Made by a program: the position numbers and the translations under genes
Sequence record: SRR20825019_117
Strand: one strand, 5' to 3'
Length of the DNA stretch: 20,000 bases
Shown: positions 7,375 to 16,902 of the stretch, one piece after another
How the letters are laid out: each line of letters starts with the position of its first letter
How positions within the stretch are numbered: the stretch's first letter is position 1
Notes under the pieces: generated by a model
What the model saw: only the letters and a program-made list of their open reading frames with translations
Databases searched by the model: none
What the model was told of the DNA's origin: nothing

Positions 7375-9945
7375 ATGGCACAACTACCGAAACGTGCAAA
7401 AGTCGTCATCATTGGCCAGGGCGGTATCGTTGGCTCATCGGTTGCCCACCACCTGATTGAACAGGGATGGGACGACATCGTCGGGCTGGAAAAATCCGCC
7501 ATTCCCTCGGACATTGGCTCTACGTCCCATGCCTCGGACTTCTGCTTCACCACCTCTCACGACAAGCTGAACATTTACACCACCAAATACAGCCAGGCGT
7601 TTTATGAAAAGCGCGGCAACTACGTGAAATGCGGTGGTATGGAAGTGGCTCGTGTCGATGACGACGAGCGCATGGAGGAACTGCGACGCAAGGTGGGCTC
7701 TGGCAAGGCCTTCGGCACCAACGTCAGCATGATTTCACCGAAACAGGCCAAAGAACTGTTTCCCCTGCTGAACGAAGACTGTATCCAGGGTGCCATGTGG
7801 GACCCGGACGCCGGGCTGGTGGTGCCCCGCTCCCAGAGTGTCGCGGGCGATCTGGTCGAAGAGGCGGTCGCTACGGGAAAACTACAGGCCTTTGCCTACA
7901 CACCGGCCATCCGCATCGATGTGCAGGACGGCCAGGTACGGGGCGTTGAAACCCACAAGGGCTATATCGAAACCGAGTACGTGGTGCTGTCCATGGGCAT
8001 CTGGGGGCCGCTGATGGCCAATACCGCCAACTCGCCCCTGCCGCTGATGCCACTGGAGCACCCACTGCTGTTCTTCGGTCCCTATGAGGAACTGGCCGGC
8101 ACCGGCAAGCAGATTGTCTATCCCTTGTTCCGCGACCAGGGTAACTCTGCCTACGTGCGTGATACCGGCGACCCCACAACCACCGAGGGTGGCCGCATTG
8201 AGTGGGGCTATTATGAATCCGAAGACCCACGGCTGGTCTACCCCGGTGCCATTTCCGAGCCCGGCGAGGCACGGATGTCGCCATCCATGCGAGACCTGAC
8301 TCTGGATCAGGTTATGGACGCTTACGAAAAAGCCATCGAAATGACGCCGATTCTCGGCGAACTGGGCTGGGAGGAAAAGCATTCCTTTAATGGCCTGCTG
8401 TCGGTCACGCCCGACGGCGGATCACTGATGGGGGAATCCCCGGAAGTGCGCAACCTGTGGTTCTGTGAGGCGGTCTGGGTCAAGGACGGCCCCGGAGCTG
8501 GCAAAGTCCTGGCGGACTGGATGACCCATGGTTCTCCGGAAATGGACCCCCACAGCATCGACATCGCCCGCCACTATCCGCTGCAGAAAACCCCGGACTA
8601 CGTGTACAACCGCTGCTACGAAACCGCCAAGAAAATCTACACGCCGGCGGTGCATCCCCGCGAGCCCTACATGACCGGTCGCAAGATGCGAACCAGCCCC
8701 TTCTATCTGCGCGAGGTGGAGCTGGGGGCCTACTTCATGGAAGCCGCCGGTTGGGAACGGGCCCACGGCTACGCCGCCAACGAGTCCACTTTGCTGGCGA
8801 AATACCGTGACCGCATTCCGGTCCGGGAACACGAATGGGACGCCCGGCATTTTTGGGAAGTCTCCAACGCCGAGCAACTTGAAATGAGCGAATCGGTGGG
8901 CATGATCAACCTCTCCCACTTCGCTATTTTCGACATCTCCGGTGACGACGCCGAAGCTCTGCTGGAGTATCTGTCCGTCGCCAAGGTGGGCGGCACCATT
9001 CCTCATGGCAAAGGTGTTTATACTCACTTCCTGGATGCCCGTGGCGGCATCCGCTCCGACCTGACCATCATCCGGCAGGGCGACAACGATTACCGGGTGG
9101 TCTGCGGCGGCGACACTGGCCATCGGGACCATTGCTGGATCAAACGCATCGCACGGGAAAAAGGCCTGCACCATATCCGCCTGCAGGACCGCACCGATGA
9201 GCTGGCCACCCTGGGGCTCTGGGGGCCGAAGGCGCGGGAAACCCTGGCTCAGTTCGTCACCAACCCTGACGAACTGTCGGCAGAAAATTTCCCATTCGCC
9301 ACCGCCCGGGAATTGAATGTCCAGGGCGTGCCGGTGTGGGCGTTCCGGATATCCTATGTGGGCGAGCAGGGCTGGGAACTCTACTTCCCGTTCAGCTATG
9401 GCCTGCGAATCTGGGACCTGCTGTACGAAGCTGGCGTTACGCCGGTTGGCATCGAGACCTACGCCAACACCCGCCGCCTGGAAAAGAGCCTGCGGCTGCA
9501 GAACGTCGACCTCGAAACGGAGTACAACCTCTACGAAGCCGGGCTCCAGCGGCCCAAGGTCAAGGAGGCCGACTTCCACGGCAAGGCCGCCTACCTGGAA
9601 CAACGAAGCTGGCCACAGCAGGCCGCGTACCTGTGCACCATGACCATGACGGAACATCGGGACGCCAACGGAGTACTGCGCTACCCGGTTGGCCAGTGGC
9701 CGATCCTCGACCCGCAAACCGGTGAGGTACTGGTGGACAGTCACGGCCGCCGCTCCTACAACACCAGCGTGGTTTGGGGACCGTCGGTGGGCAAGATCAT
9801 CCTGCTGGGGTACATTCCCGTGGAATATGCTCAGGAGGGACGGGAGCTGACCCTGGAATACTTCCAGGAGCACTACCCCATCCGTATCGAAGCTGTCGGC
9901 TACCGGGCGCTGTTTGATCCGGACAACGAACGGGTCAAGTCCTGA
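7375..9945 (+). CDS. Dimethylglycine oxidase/dehydrogenase-like flavoprotein (DAO-type FAD domain + GcvT-like THF-binding domain)
   Basis: 856 aa from ATG 7375 (GGGGGA RBS). IIGQGGIVG Rossmann motif; GSTSHA (covalent-FAD His position in DMGO); PLEH and SAYVR (His/Tyr dyad positions); TPDG; GWER; GGIRSDLT; LWGPKAR; RISYVGEQGWELY; RRLEK. Confidence 0.85.
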   Translation: MAQLPKRAKVVIIGQGGIVGSSVAHHLIEQGWDDIVGLEKSAIPSDIGSTSHASDFCFTTSHDKLNIYTTKYSQAFYEKRGNYVKCGGMEVARVDDDERMEELRRKVGSGKAFGTNVSMISPKQAKELFPLLNEDCIQGAMWDPDAGLVVPRSQSVAGDLVEEAVATGKLQAFAYTPAIRIDVQDGQVRGVETHKGYIETEYVVLSMGIWGPLMANTANSPLPLMPLEHPLLFFGPYEELAGTGKQIVYPLFRDQGNSAYVRDTGDPTTTEGGRIEWGYYESEDPRLVYPGAISEPGEARMSPSMRDLTLDQVMDAYEKAIEMTPILGELGWEEKHSFNGLLSVTPDGGSLMGESPEVRNLWFCEAVWVKDGPGAGKVLADWMTHGSPEMDPHSIDIARHYPLQKTPDYVYNRCYETAKKIYTPAVHPREPYMTGRKMRTSPFYLREVELGAYFMEAAGWERAHGYAANESTLLAKYRDRIPVREHEWDARHFWEVSNAEQLEMSESVGMINLSHFAIFDISGDDAEALLEYLSVAKVGGTIPHGKGVYTHFLDARGGIRSDLTIIRQGDNDYRVVCGGDTGHRDHCWIKRIAREKGLHHIRLQDRTDELATLGLWGPKARETLAQFVTNPDELSAENFPFATARELNVQGVPVWAFRISYVGEQGWELYFPFSYGLRIWDLLYEAGVTPVGIETYANTRRLEKSLRLQNVDLETEYNLYEAGLQRPKVKEADFHGKAAYLEQRSWPQQAAYLCTMTMTEHRDANGVLRYPVGQWPILDPQTGEVLVDSHGRRSYNTSVVWGPSVGKIILLGYIPVEYAQEGRELTLEYFQEHYPIRIEAVGYRALFDPDNERVKS

Positions 9946-9972
9946 AGGCCATCGTTCAGTCAACGCTGGCGG

Positions 9973-11355
9973 TCAGCACTCGATGATGTTGACCGCCAGC
10001 CCGCCTCTTGAAGTTTCCTTATACTTATCCAGCATATCGCGGCCGGTTTCACGCATGGTGTGCAACACCTTATCGAGGGAAACGAAATGTTTGCCGTCAC
10101 CGCGCAAGGCCATGATCGCAGCATCGATAGCTTTTACCGATGCCATGGCATTGCGCTCGATACAGGGAATTTGCACCAACCCACCAATGGGGTCGCAGGT
10201 CATCCCCAAGTGGTGTTCCATACCGATTTCGGCCGCGTTCTCAACCTGTTCCGGTGAACCGCCTGTCGCTGCAGCCAGCCCGGCAGCAGCCATCGCACAG
10301 GCCGATCCCACTTCGCCCTGACAGCCCACTTCCGCCCCTGAAATGGACGCGTTTTCCTTGAACAGTACGCCGATCGCCGCGGCTGTCAGCATAAAGCGGA
10401 CAACGCCGTCTTCATCCGCCTGGGGGCAGAACTCCCAGTAGTAATGCAGCACCGCCGGAATAATGCCAGCAGCGCCGTTGGTAGGTGCTGTCACTATCCG
10501 ACCGCCGGCCGCGTTCTCTTCATTCACGGCAAGGGCGTAGAGATTCACCCAGTCGAGCGCACTCAAAGACGGCGATATAAGGTCCACTCGCGTTTTGTCC
10601 ATCAGTGAACGATACAGCGACGCCGCTCTGCGCCGGACCTTGAGGCCTCCGGGCAACTCCCCCTCATGACGGATACCATTTTGCACACACTCACGCATTA
10701 CCCGCCAGAGTTCGAGAATGCCCGTTCGAATCTGTTCTGGCGAGCGCCAGGCCTGCTCGTTGGCCAACATAATGTCGGCGATGGTGAGTTCGTGTTCCTG
10801 GCAAAGAGCCAACAGGGTTTTCCCGCTGTTGAAGGGATAAGGCAAGGGCGTATCGTCTGCGCGGATTTCCAGGCTGCCGTCAGCGTTCGCCGCTACCACA
10901 AAACCACCGCCGACCGAGTAATAGGTGTGCTCACACAGGCACTGCCCATCCTCGTCGAATGCCTGACAGACCATGCCGTTGGGGTGTTCAGGCAGAGATT
11001 TCCGTCGGTAATACACGACATCGGAACTCTCGCGGAAACGAATCGGATGATGACCGGCAAGGCTGAGGGTTCCTGTGCTTCGAATACGCTCAAGCCGACC
11101 CGGCATTTGCTCGGGATCAATCCGGGCCGGCTCTTCCCCTTCCAGCCCCATCATCACAGCAGGGCCGGTGCCGTGGCCCTTGCCCGTAGCCCCCAAAGAG
11201 CCATACAGGGATACCTTCAGCCGACACACGGAGGCCAACAAACGTTCATCAGCAAGGCCACCTGCAAACCGGCGCGCGGCTTCCATGGGCCCGACGGTAT
11301 GGGAACTGGACGGTCCAATGCCTGCCTTGAACAACTCAAACAGACTGACAGCCAC
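9973..11355 (-). CDS. sdaA: L-serine ammonia-lyase, Fe-S dependent
   Basis: [103 protein letters not shown] 11355 with GGAGG RBS. Confidence 0.96.
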   Translation of the reverse strand: MAVSLFELFKAGIGPSSSHTVGPMEAARRFAGGLADERLLASVCRLKVSLYGSLGATGKGHGTGPAVMMGLEGEEPARIDPEQMPGRLERIRSTGTLSLAGHHPIRFRESSDVVYYRRKSLPEHPNGMVCQAFDEDGQCLCEHTYYSVGGGFVVAANADGSLEIRADDTPLPYPFNSGKTLLALCQEHELTIADIMLANEQAWRSPEQIRTGILELWRVMRECVQNGIRHEGELPGGLKVRRRAASLYRSLMDKTRVDLISPSLSALDWVNLYALAVNEENAAGGRIVTAPTNGAAGIIPAVLHYYWEFCPQADEDGVVRFMLTAAAIGVLFKENASISGAEVGCQGEVGSACAMAAAGLAAATGGSPEQVENAAEIGMEHHLGMTCDPIGGLVQIPCIERNAMASVKAIDAAIMALRGDGKHFVSLDKVLHTMRETGRDMLDKYKETSRGGLAVNIIEC

Positions 11356-11386
11356 TTTGCAGCCTCCTACCTCGGGATGTGTTTCA

Positions 11387-11450
11387 AGGATAGCGCCTTC
11401 GGCAATCCACCGCCTGCTTGCTGACGACATTCGAACGATGGTTTACGACA
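11387..11450 (-). promoter_or_regulatory. Putative sdaA promoter with tandem TGTCGT boxes
   Basis: Minus strand: TGTCGT (11450-11445) and TGTCGT (11429-11424) are 21 nt apart; -10-like TATCCT (11392-11387) starts 37 nt after the proximal box. Confidence 0.6.
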
Positions 11451-11479
11451 GTCCTGCTCAACCAGAACAAAGGCATAAA

Positions 11480-11553
11480 CGTCGCTTCTGGATCATTCCG
11501 CAAAGCCCCGTGTCGGTTGTGGACCATTCGCTACCAAATGACCGGCATAGAAT
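11480..11553 (+). promoter_or_regulatory. Putative regulator-gene promoter / autoregulatory site
   Basis: Imperfect 18-bp direct repeat GTCGCTTCTGGATCATTC (11481-11498) / GTCGGTTGTGGACCATTC (11512-11529); TAGAAT at 11548-11553 starts 37 nt after TGTCG at 11511. Confidence 0.6.
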
Positions 11554-11682
11554 GAGATCACACTGGAACTGATCACTTATTGCACTATCAAAAGGCAACA
11601 ACTAGTGTTCAGGTTGAGGCAATAACTTGCTGTGACAGCCAGACATTGCCGCGACAGGCCCAGGCGGGGCAAGGGGGTTACC

Positions 11683-12795
11683 ATGACCACTGATACAGGC
11701 TCATACACAGACAGGCCCGCCCAAGAGCCCTATCGGGTCGGCTTCCTGCTGATCGATAATTTCACCCTGATTGCCCTCGCCACAGCCGTTGAGCCCCTAC
11801 GCATGGCCAACCAGTTGGCCGGCACTGAACTCTATTCCTGGAAGCTTCTTACGGCTGAAGGCGAACCTGCCCGGGCCAGCGATGGCATTACCATGCTGCC
11901 CGACGCGTCGATCCAGGAAGAGTGCCGGTTTGACCTGGTGATCGTAGTGGCTGGTATTGATGTTACCCGGAGTTTTTCCCGCAAAGAGGTTGTCTGGTTG
12001 AAGCAGATGGCCCGTCGCCACGTCCTCCTTGGGGCGGTCTGCACTGGCCCCTATGTCCTGGCCAGTGCGGGCCTTCTGGACGGTCACGCCTGTAGCGCCC
12101 ATTGGGAATGCCTGGAGGCCATGCAGGAAGGCTTTCCACGGGTACAAACCAACAACCGCCTGTTCACTGTCGAGCGGGAACGTATGACCTGCACCGGTGG
12201 TACCGTCCCCATGCACATGATGCTCAGCTTTCTGGCAAGGCGCCATGGCCAGGAGCTTAGTAATGCAATATCCCACATGTTTGTGTGCGACCGGGTGCGA
12301 GAGGAAAGCGAACAGCAACCGATGCCGATGCACCCCCGCCTGGCCTGCGCCCAACCCAAGCTGGCAGAGGCAGCCCAGTTAATGGAGGCCAATATCGAAG
12401 AGCCCATCGAACTGAAGGAACTGGCAACGCTGGCCGGCATTTCGCGGCGGCAACTGGAGCGGCTGTTCCTCAAGCACACGGGCTGCACGCCTTCACGTTA
12501 TTACCTGCGGGTGCGCCTTAATAGGGCGCGCCGATTGCTCAAGCAGACATCCTGCTCGATCGTGGAAATCGCCTCCATGTGTGGGTTCGTGTCAGCCACC
12601 CACTTCAGCCGGTGCTATCGCAAGACCATGGGGCGTGCCCCCAAACACGAACGAATGGAAATATACTCCCAGGGCTCTTCCAGCACAGTTTTTCCCGATT
12701 CCATGGCCAGCCTGCCGTCTTCCTCCCTGCAGGCATTGAGGCGCGCCCGGTCTGAACCGACCTATGGCATTTTCGAGAACACCGGATCAGGTTAA
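11683..12795 (+). CDS. gbdR: GlxA-subfamily AraC regulator, GbdR-like (glycine betaine/dimethylglycine-responsive)
   Basis: DJ-1-like N-domain [42 protein letters not shown]; Ara[13 protein letters not shown]...SRRQLERLF...PSRYYL...[14 protein letters not shown]. Closely follows Pseudomonas GbdR as recalled. ATG 11683 with GGGGG RBS. Confidence 0.8.
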   Translation: MTTDTGSYTDRPAQEPYRVGFLLIDNFTLIALATAVEPLRMANQLAGTELYSWKLLTAEGEPARASDGITMLPDASIQEECRFDLVIVVAGIDVTRSFSRKEVVWLKQMARRHVLLGAVCTGPYVLASAGLLDGHACSAHWECLEAMQEGFPRVQTNNRLFTVERERMTCTGGTVPMHMMLSFLARRHGQELSNAISHMFVCDRVREESEQQPMPMHPRLACAQPKLAEAAQLMEANIEEPIELKELATLAGISRRQLERLFLKHTGCTPSRYYLRVRLNRARRLLKQTSCSIVEIASMCGFVSATHFSRCYRKTMGRAPKHERMEIYSQGSSSTVFPDSMASLPSSSLQALRRARSEPTYGIFENTGSG

Positions 12796-14523
12796 CCCCA
12801 CCACCAAGCCGTTTTCATCCAGCGCAATGTCCATTGCCGCGGGGTGGCGTGGCAAACCGGGCATGGTCATGATGTCACCACACACCGCCACCACAAAGCC
12901 GGCGCCGGCTGCCAGGCGCACTTCCCTTACCGGCAGCATATGGCCGGACGGCGCTCCCTTCACCGACGAATCCGCCGAAAAGCTATACTGGGTCTTGGCG
13001 ATACACACGGGCAGGTGGCCAAATCCAAGACTCTCGTATTCCTCCAGTTGCCGCTTCGCTACTGTCGTGAATTCCACGCTACCTGCGTGATAGATACGCG
13101 TCGCGATGGTGCGGATTTTATCCGCCAGCGGCAGGCTGTCTTCATAGAGAAAGTGTACCTCCGGTGTGCCTTCGTCCATCTGATCAAGCACCGCCTGGGC
13201 CAGTTCGGTGGCACCCTCACCCCCCAAGGCCCAATGGTCGGCAGGCACTGCACGCACACCCAACGACTCACTGATGGACTGCACCAGCGACATTTCCTCC
13301 TCGGTATCGTCCGGGAAACGGTTGATGCACACCACTGGCGTCAGTCCGAACTGCTGAAGATTACGAATATGCCGCTCCAGATTGGCGGCACCCGCCCTCA
13401 AGGCAGCAAGGTCGGGAACGGATAGTTTGCTACGAGGAACCCCACCCTGCATTTTGAGGGCCCGGATGGTACAGACAACCACGGCGGCATCTGGCCGCAG
13501 GCCCGTGTGCCGGCATTTGATATCAATAAACTTTTCCGCCCCCAGATCGGCACCAAAGCCCGCCTCAGTGACCACCACATCGTTCAGCGCCAGGGCGGCA
13601 CGGGTGGCGGTCACGGAATTACAGCCGTGGGCGATATTGGCAAACGGCCCGCCGTGAATGAACACCGGGTTGTGTTCCAGGCTCTGGACCAGATTGGGCT
13701 GCAGCGCCTCCTTCAGAAGCACAGTTAACGATCCTTCCACACCCAGGTCACGAACGGTCACCGGCGTCATATCAGAGCGCCTGCCGATAATAATATTGCC
13801 CAGCCGCTGCTTGAGGTCTGCCCGACCGTCCGCCAGGCACAGGATCGCCATGATCTCGGACGACACGGTAATGTCGAACCCGGTTTCCCGAGGCACGCCA
13901 TGAGCCGCACCGCCAAGCCCACACACCATGTTCCGTAAGGAGCGGTCGGTCAGGTCCATCACCCTCCTCCAGCTCACATAGCGCGGATCCAAACCAGCCT
14001 CATTCCCCCAGTGAATGTGGTTGTCGATCAATGACGCCAGTAAATTATGGGCTGTAGTGATGGCGTGGAAGTCACCATTGAAATGCAGGTTGATGTCTTC
14101 CATCGGAATCACCTGCGCGCGACCACCGCCGGCAGCGCCCCCTTTCATGCCGAAGCAGGGGCCCAGGGAGGGTTCCCGCAGGCACACGGAAGAACGCACG
14201 CCCAGGCGGTTGAAGCCATCGTTCAGTCCCACACTCGTGGTGGTCTTGCCCTCCCCGGCTGGCGTGGGCGTAATGGCGGTCACAAGCACCAGTTTGCCCC
14301 GGGGTGCACTATCAGAGGTATCCACATAGGCCATATCCAGTTTGGCCTTGTAGTGGCCAAATGGCACCAGGCTCTCCCCCGGAAGACCGAAACGCTGTTG
14401 GGCCAGCAGCAGAATAGACTGCGGCTGGACCGAGCGAGCGATCTCAATGTCAGGAGTGCCCGGCGGCGGGAAGTCGGCTTCCGGTGGTGTTGCGGGTGTC
14501 AGCTTACTGTACTGAAGACTCAT
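12787..14523 (-). CDS. fhs: Formate--tetrahydrofolate ligase
   Basis: [103 protein letters not shown] 14523 with GAGG RBS overlaps the metF end by 20 nt. Confidence 0.96.
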   Translation of the reverse strand: MSLQYSKLTPATPPEADFPPPGTPDIEIARSVQPQSILLLAQQRFGLPGESLVPFGHYKAKLDMAYVDTSDSAPRGKLVLVTAITPTPAGEGKTTTSVGLNDGFNRLGVRSSVCLREPSLGPCFGMKGGAAGGGRAQVIPMEDINLHFNGDFHAITTAHNLLASLIDNHIHWGNEAGLDPRYVSWRRVMDLTDRSLRNMVCGLGGAAHGVPRETGFDITVSSEIMAILCLADGRADLKQRLGNIIIGRRSDMTPVTVRDLGVEGSLTVLLKEALQPNLVQSLEHNPVFIHGGPFANIAHGCNSVTATRAALALNDVVVTEAGFGADLGAEKFIDIKCRHTGLRPDAAVVVCTIRALKMQGGVPRSKLSVPDLAALRAGAANLERHIRNLQQFGLTPVVCINRFPDDTEEEMSLVQSISESLGVRAVPADHWALGGEGATELAQAVLDQMDEGTPEVHFLYEDSLPLADKIRTIATRIYHAGSVEFTTVAKRQLEEYESLGFGHLPVCIAKTQYSFSADSSVKGAPSGHMLPVREVRLAAGAGFVVAVCGDIMTMPGLPRHPAAMDIALDENGLVVGLT

Positions 14524-15448
14524 GGAACTGACCTCTCTGGTCCTCAATGGACCCACTGTGTTCTCGAATCCATTGCGCCGATTGGCGCAGGCCACCGAAT
14601 GGGAAAAGATGAATGCCCCGTAGCAAGGTATCCGGGTTATGCAGGCAGTACTGGACAAGCGCGCGCACCATTCCGTCCGGCGACCAAGCACGCAACAGTT
14701 TGGCGCTGCCAGGACGTCGCAGCATCAGACGGGCCGATGCTCCCACCCCACATTGAGCCGCATAGGCAATGAGCGTTTTCACCCGGGTCGGGCCGGCCAT
14801 GCCAATGTACACCGGCACCTCTTCCAGGATACTGCCAAGGCTTTGCAGCCAGTCGATGACCACGTTGGCGTCAAAGGTGAACTGGGTGACCACCCAGAGC
14901 CGTGTGGACGTCGTGCGCGCGTATTCGCGTTTGATGCCAAGGGCCTGGATGAGGGTTGCCCGGTCCGCCATGGGATGCCCGTCCGGATGGGCTGCCACAC
15001 CGATACCATGGAATTGGAACTGTGCCAGCAGGCCGGACTCCAGAACCGCCAGGGTATCCTGAAAGGGGCCGGCGATCGCATCACTATCGCCAGCAATCAA
15101 CAGCAAGCGATCAACGCCGCTTTCATCCAATTGCGAGAGCCAGTCCCGGAGTTGCCCACGGCTCTCGGCCATACGTGCGGGTACGTGGGGAATCGGCTGC
15201 ATGCCAACGTTCAGCAGATGACGGCACGCCCGCAGGGTATCGCTGAACTCGCCTTTTGGCAGGAAAGGCACATAGACGCAGGTACCTCGCGGCAGCAAAT
15301 CCGGCAAGTGCTCCTGTGCCAGTATCTGGCGGGGTGTTGCCTCAATGGACGCCCAACGCACCAGAGCCTGCATCCTTGCGATGGCGTCCTCGTCGCGGGC
15401 ACTGAACGGCTGTGTATCACTCACCAGTTTCATGAATCGCGCACCCAT
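14504..15448 (-). CDS. metF: Methylenetetrahydrofolate reductase (MetF-like)
   Basis: [58 protein letters not shown]; lies between the methyltransferase gene and fhs. Start at 15448 or 15433. Confidence 0.82.
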   Translation of the reverse strand: MGARFMKLVSDTQPFSARDEDAIARMQALVRWASIEATPRQILAQEHLPDLLPRGTCVYVPFLPKGEFSDTLRACRHLLNVGMQPIPHVPARMAESRGQLRDWLSQLDESGVDRLLLIAGDSDAIAGPFQDTLAVLESGLLAQFQFHGIGVAAHPDGHPMADRATLIQALGIKREYARTTSTRLWVVTQFTFDANVVIDWLQSLGSILEEVPVYIGMAGPTRVKTLIAYAAQCGVGASARLMLRRPGSAKLLRAWSPDGMVRALVQYCLHNPDTLLRGIHLFPFGGLRQSAQWIREHSGSIEDQRGQFHESSVQ

Positions 15449-15465
15449 TGCTACCTGTGTGCATT

Positions 15466-15496
15466 GGGCAGGCGGCAGTCACATTGCCGCCTGCCC
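15466..15496. other. Perfect 12-bp GC-rich intergenic hairpin
   Basis: GGGCAGGCGGCA (15466-15477)-GTCACAT-TGCCGCCTGCCC (15485-15496); no U-tract in the transcribed (minus) direction. Confidence 0.8.
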
Positions 15497-15506
15497 CACT
15501 GCGTTG

Positions 15507-16868
15507 TTAGTCCGCGAAGTCGATACCCTTCGCCCGTGCCCGTTCGCGGGCGTTGGGGTTCACAGAGGGCCGGAAGGGCACTTCCACCACTTCCGCCTCG
15601 ACATCCGTCGAACCATCCGCAGCGGCATATTCCACCGGCAGATGTACTGTCAGGCGGGTACCAACGGCGCGCATGTCAAACGGCACATAGGCCAGTGCGA
15701 TGTTGGTTTCCAGCTCGGGCGAGTACCAGGGAGAGGTAACGTAGCCCTCAGGCTCGCCGCCGTCTGCTCCGCTGACCAACCAGAAGTCATTGGCATAGTC
15801 GGTTACCTGGCCGCCACCAAACCGGACACCCACCATGATGTGGCTGAACGGCGGTCTGCCAGCGTCAAGTTGCTCGCGGACTTTCTCGAGCTTCTGCTTA
15901 CCGATGTAATCCGCGTCTTTGTTGCGAGGCACCTGATACGCCAGGTTGCACTGGAATGGCAGGGTTTCCTGGTCCACGTCCTGGCCCCAGGAAAGGATAC
16001 CGGCAGCTATTCGGCGGTGATGCGCCGGCGCAATCACCCTCAGGTTGTGGGCCTCACCAGCGGCAAGCACCGTGTACCAGAGGTCTTCGGCGTATTTGGT
16101 GGCTTCCTTGAGGTAAATCTCGTAGCCCTTCTCACCGGTAAAACCGGTCTGGGAGACAATCACGTCATGGCCGGCCACCTGCCCCTCCATCAAGCCATAG
16201 TACGGAATATCCTTCACTCGCTCACCGAACAGGTCAGCCATGAGCGCCTCAGATTTGGGCCCCTGGATTTGCACCGGAGCCACATCGATTTCCGCGATGG
16301 TGACGTTGAAGCCCATCCCGATGTTGACGCCTCGCAGCCAGAATTCCAGGTCGCTATCGGAAAGGGAGAACCAGAATTCGTCCTCGGCAACACGAAGCAG
16401 AACCGGGTCATTGAGAATACCGCCGTCCTCGTTGCAGAGGATGACGTACTTGCCACGCATGGGCTTTATCCTGGTGGCATCTCGAGTGATCACGTAGTTC
16501 ACGAAACGTTCCGCGTCCGGGCCCTTGACCTGAATCTGGCGTTCAACGGCGACATTCCACATGGTGACGTCATGAATCAGCGACTCATATTCCACCATGG
16601 CGCCGCCATCTTCGGGACGGACGTAGCCCCGGGGGTGATACATACGGTTGTAAACGGTCGCTCGCCAGCAACCGGCTTCGTACGCCAGGTGCCAGTACGG
16701 CGACTTGCGTACACGGGTTGAGATCAACATCTCCACCGGCGTGGGGCCGGACTGGCGTAAATTGATGGGAACCCGACGATCAGACTGGTCAACACTGTCA
16801 GGCTGGCGGGCCGCACCCGCTCGTTGTTGCGGATAATCCAGAAGTGCTTGCTCAAATTTAACGGCCAT
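15507..16868 (-). CDS. GcvT-superfamily THF-dependent methyltransferase, DmdA-like; substrate unknown
   Basis: RVRKSPY, TVYNRM, WNVAVERQIQVKGPDA, ILNDPVLL, FWFSLSDSD, IQGPKS, TGFTGEKGYEIY, RIAAGILSWGQD, TSPWYSP. The N-terminal half tracks DmdA motifs (YNHM, WDVAxERQ, NDPV, WxSxADSD). GGGGGAG RBS. Confidence 0.82.
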   Translation of the reverse strand: MAVKFEQALLDYPQQRAGAARQPDSVDQSDRRVPINLRQSGPTPVEMLISTRVRKSPYWHLAYEAGCWRATVYNRMYHPRGYVRPEDGGAMVEYESLIHDVTMWNVAVERQIQVKGPDAERFVNYVITRDATRIKPMRGKYVILCNEDGGILNDPVLLRVAEDEFWFSLSDSDLEFWLRGVNIGMGFNVTIAEIDVAPVQIQGPKSEALMADLFGERVKDIPYYGLMEGQVAGHDVIVSQTGFTGEKGYEIYLKEATKYAEDLWYTVLAAGEAHNLRVIAPAHHRRIAAGILSWGQDVDQETLPFQCNLAYQVPRNKDADYIGKQKLEKVREQLDAGRPPFSHIMVGVRFGGGQVTDYANDFWLVSGADGGEPEGYVTSPWYSPELETNIALAYVPFDMRAVGTRLTVHLPVEYAAADGSTDVEAEVVEVPFRPSVNPNARERARAKGIDFAD

Positions 16869-16902
16869 TGCTATCTCCCCCTACCGGGTTGTCGATAGCT
16901 CT

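Noticed and set aside
8422-9963. 513-aa minus-strand ORF
   Set aside because: Antisense shadow of the flavoprotein gene; no recognisable motifs, and such ORFs are expected from GC-rich codon bias.
9948-9970. Small hairpin GCCATCGTT-CAGTC-AACGCTGGC between the convergent flavoprotein gene and sdaA
   Set aside because: Weak mismatched stem with no U-tract on either strand; cannot be called a terminator.
14524-14691. ORF-track N-terminal extension of fhs (similar extensions for sdaA, the antiporter, the GNAT fusion and PaaI)
   Set aside because: The extensions overlap upstream genes or promoters; downstream starts have clear RBSs and match family N-termini.
14639-16721. 366-aa and 458-aa plus-strand ORFs
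   Set aside because: Antisense to metF and the methyltransferase; no family motifs.
15507-16868. Labelling this gene gcvT or dmdA
   Set aside because: No gcvH/gcvP or dmdBCD nearby, DmdA C-terminal-half motifs differ and the protein is longer; left without a symbol.
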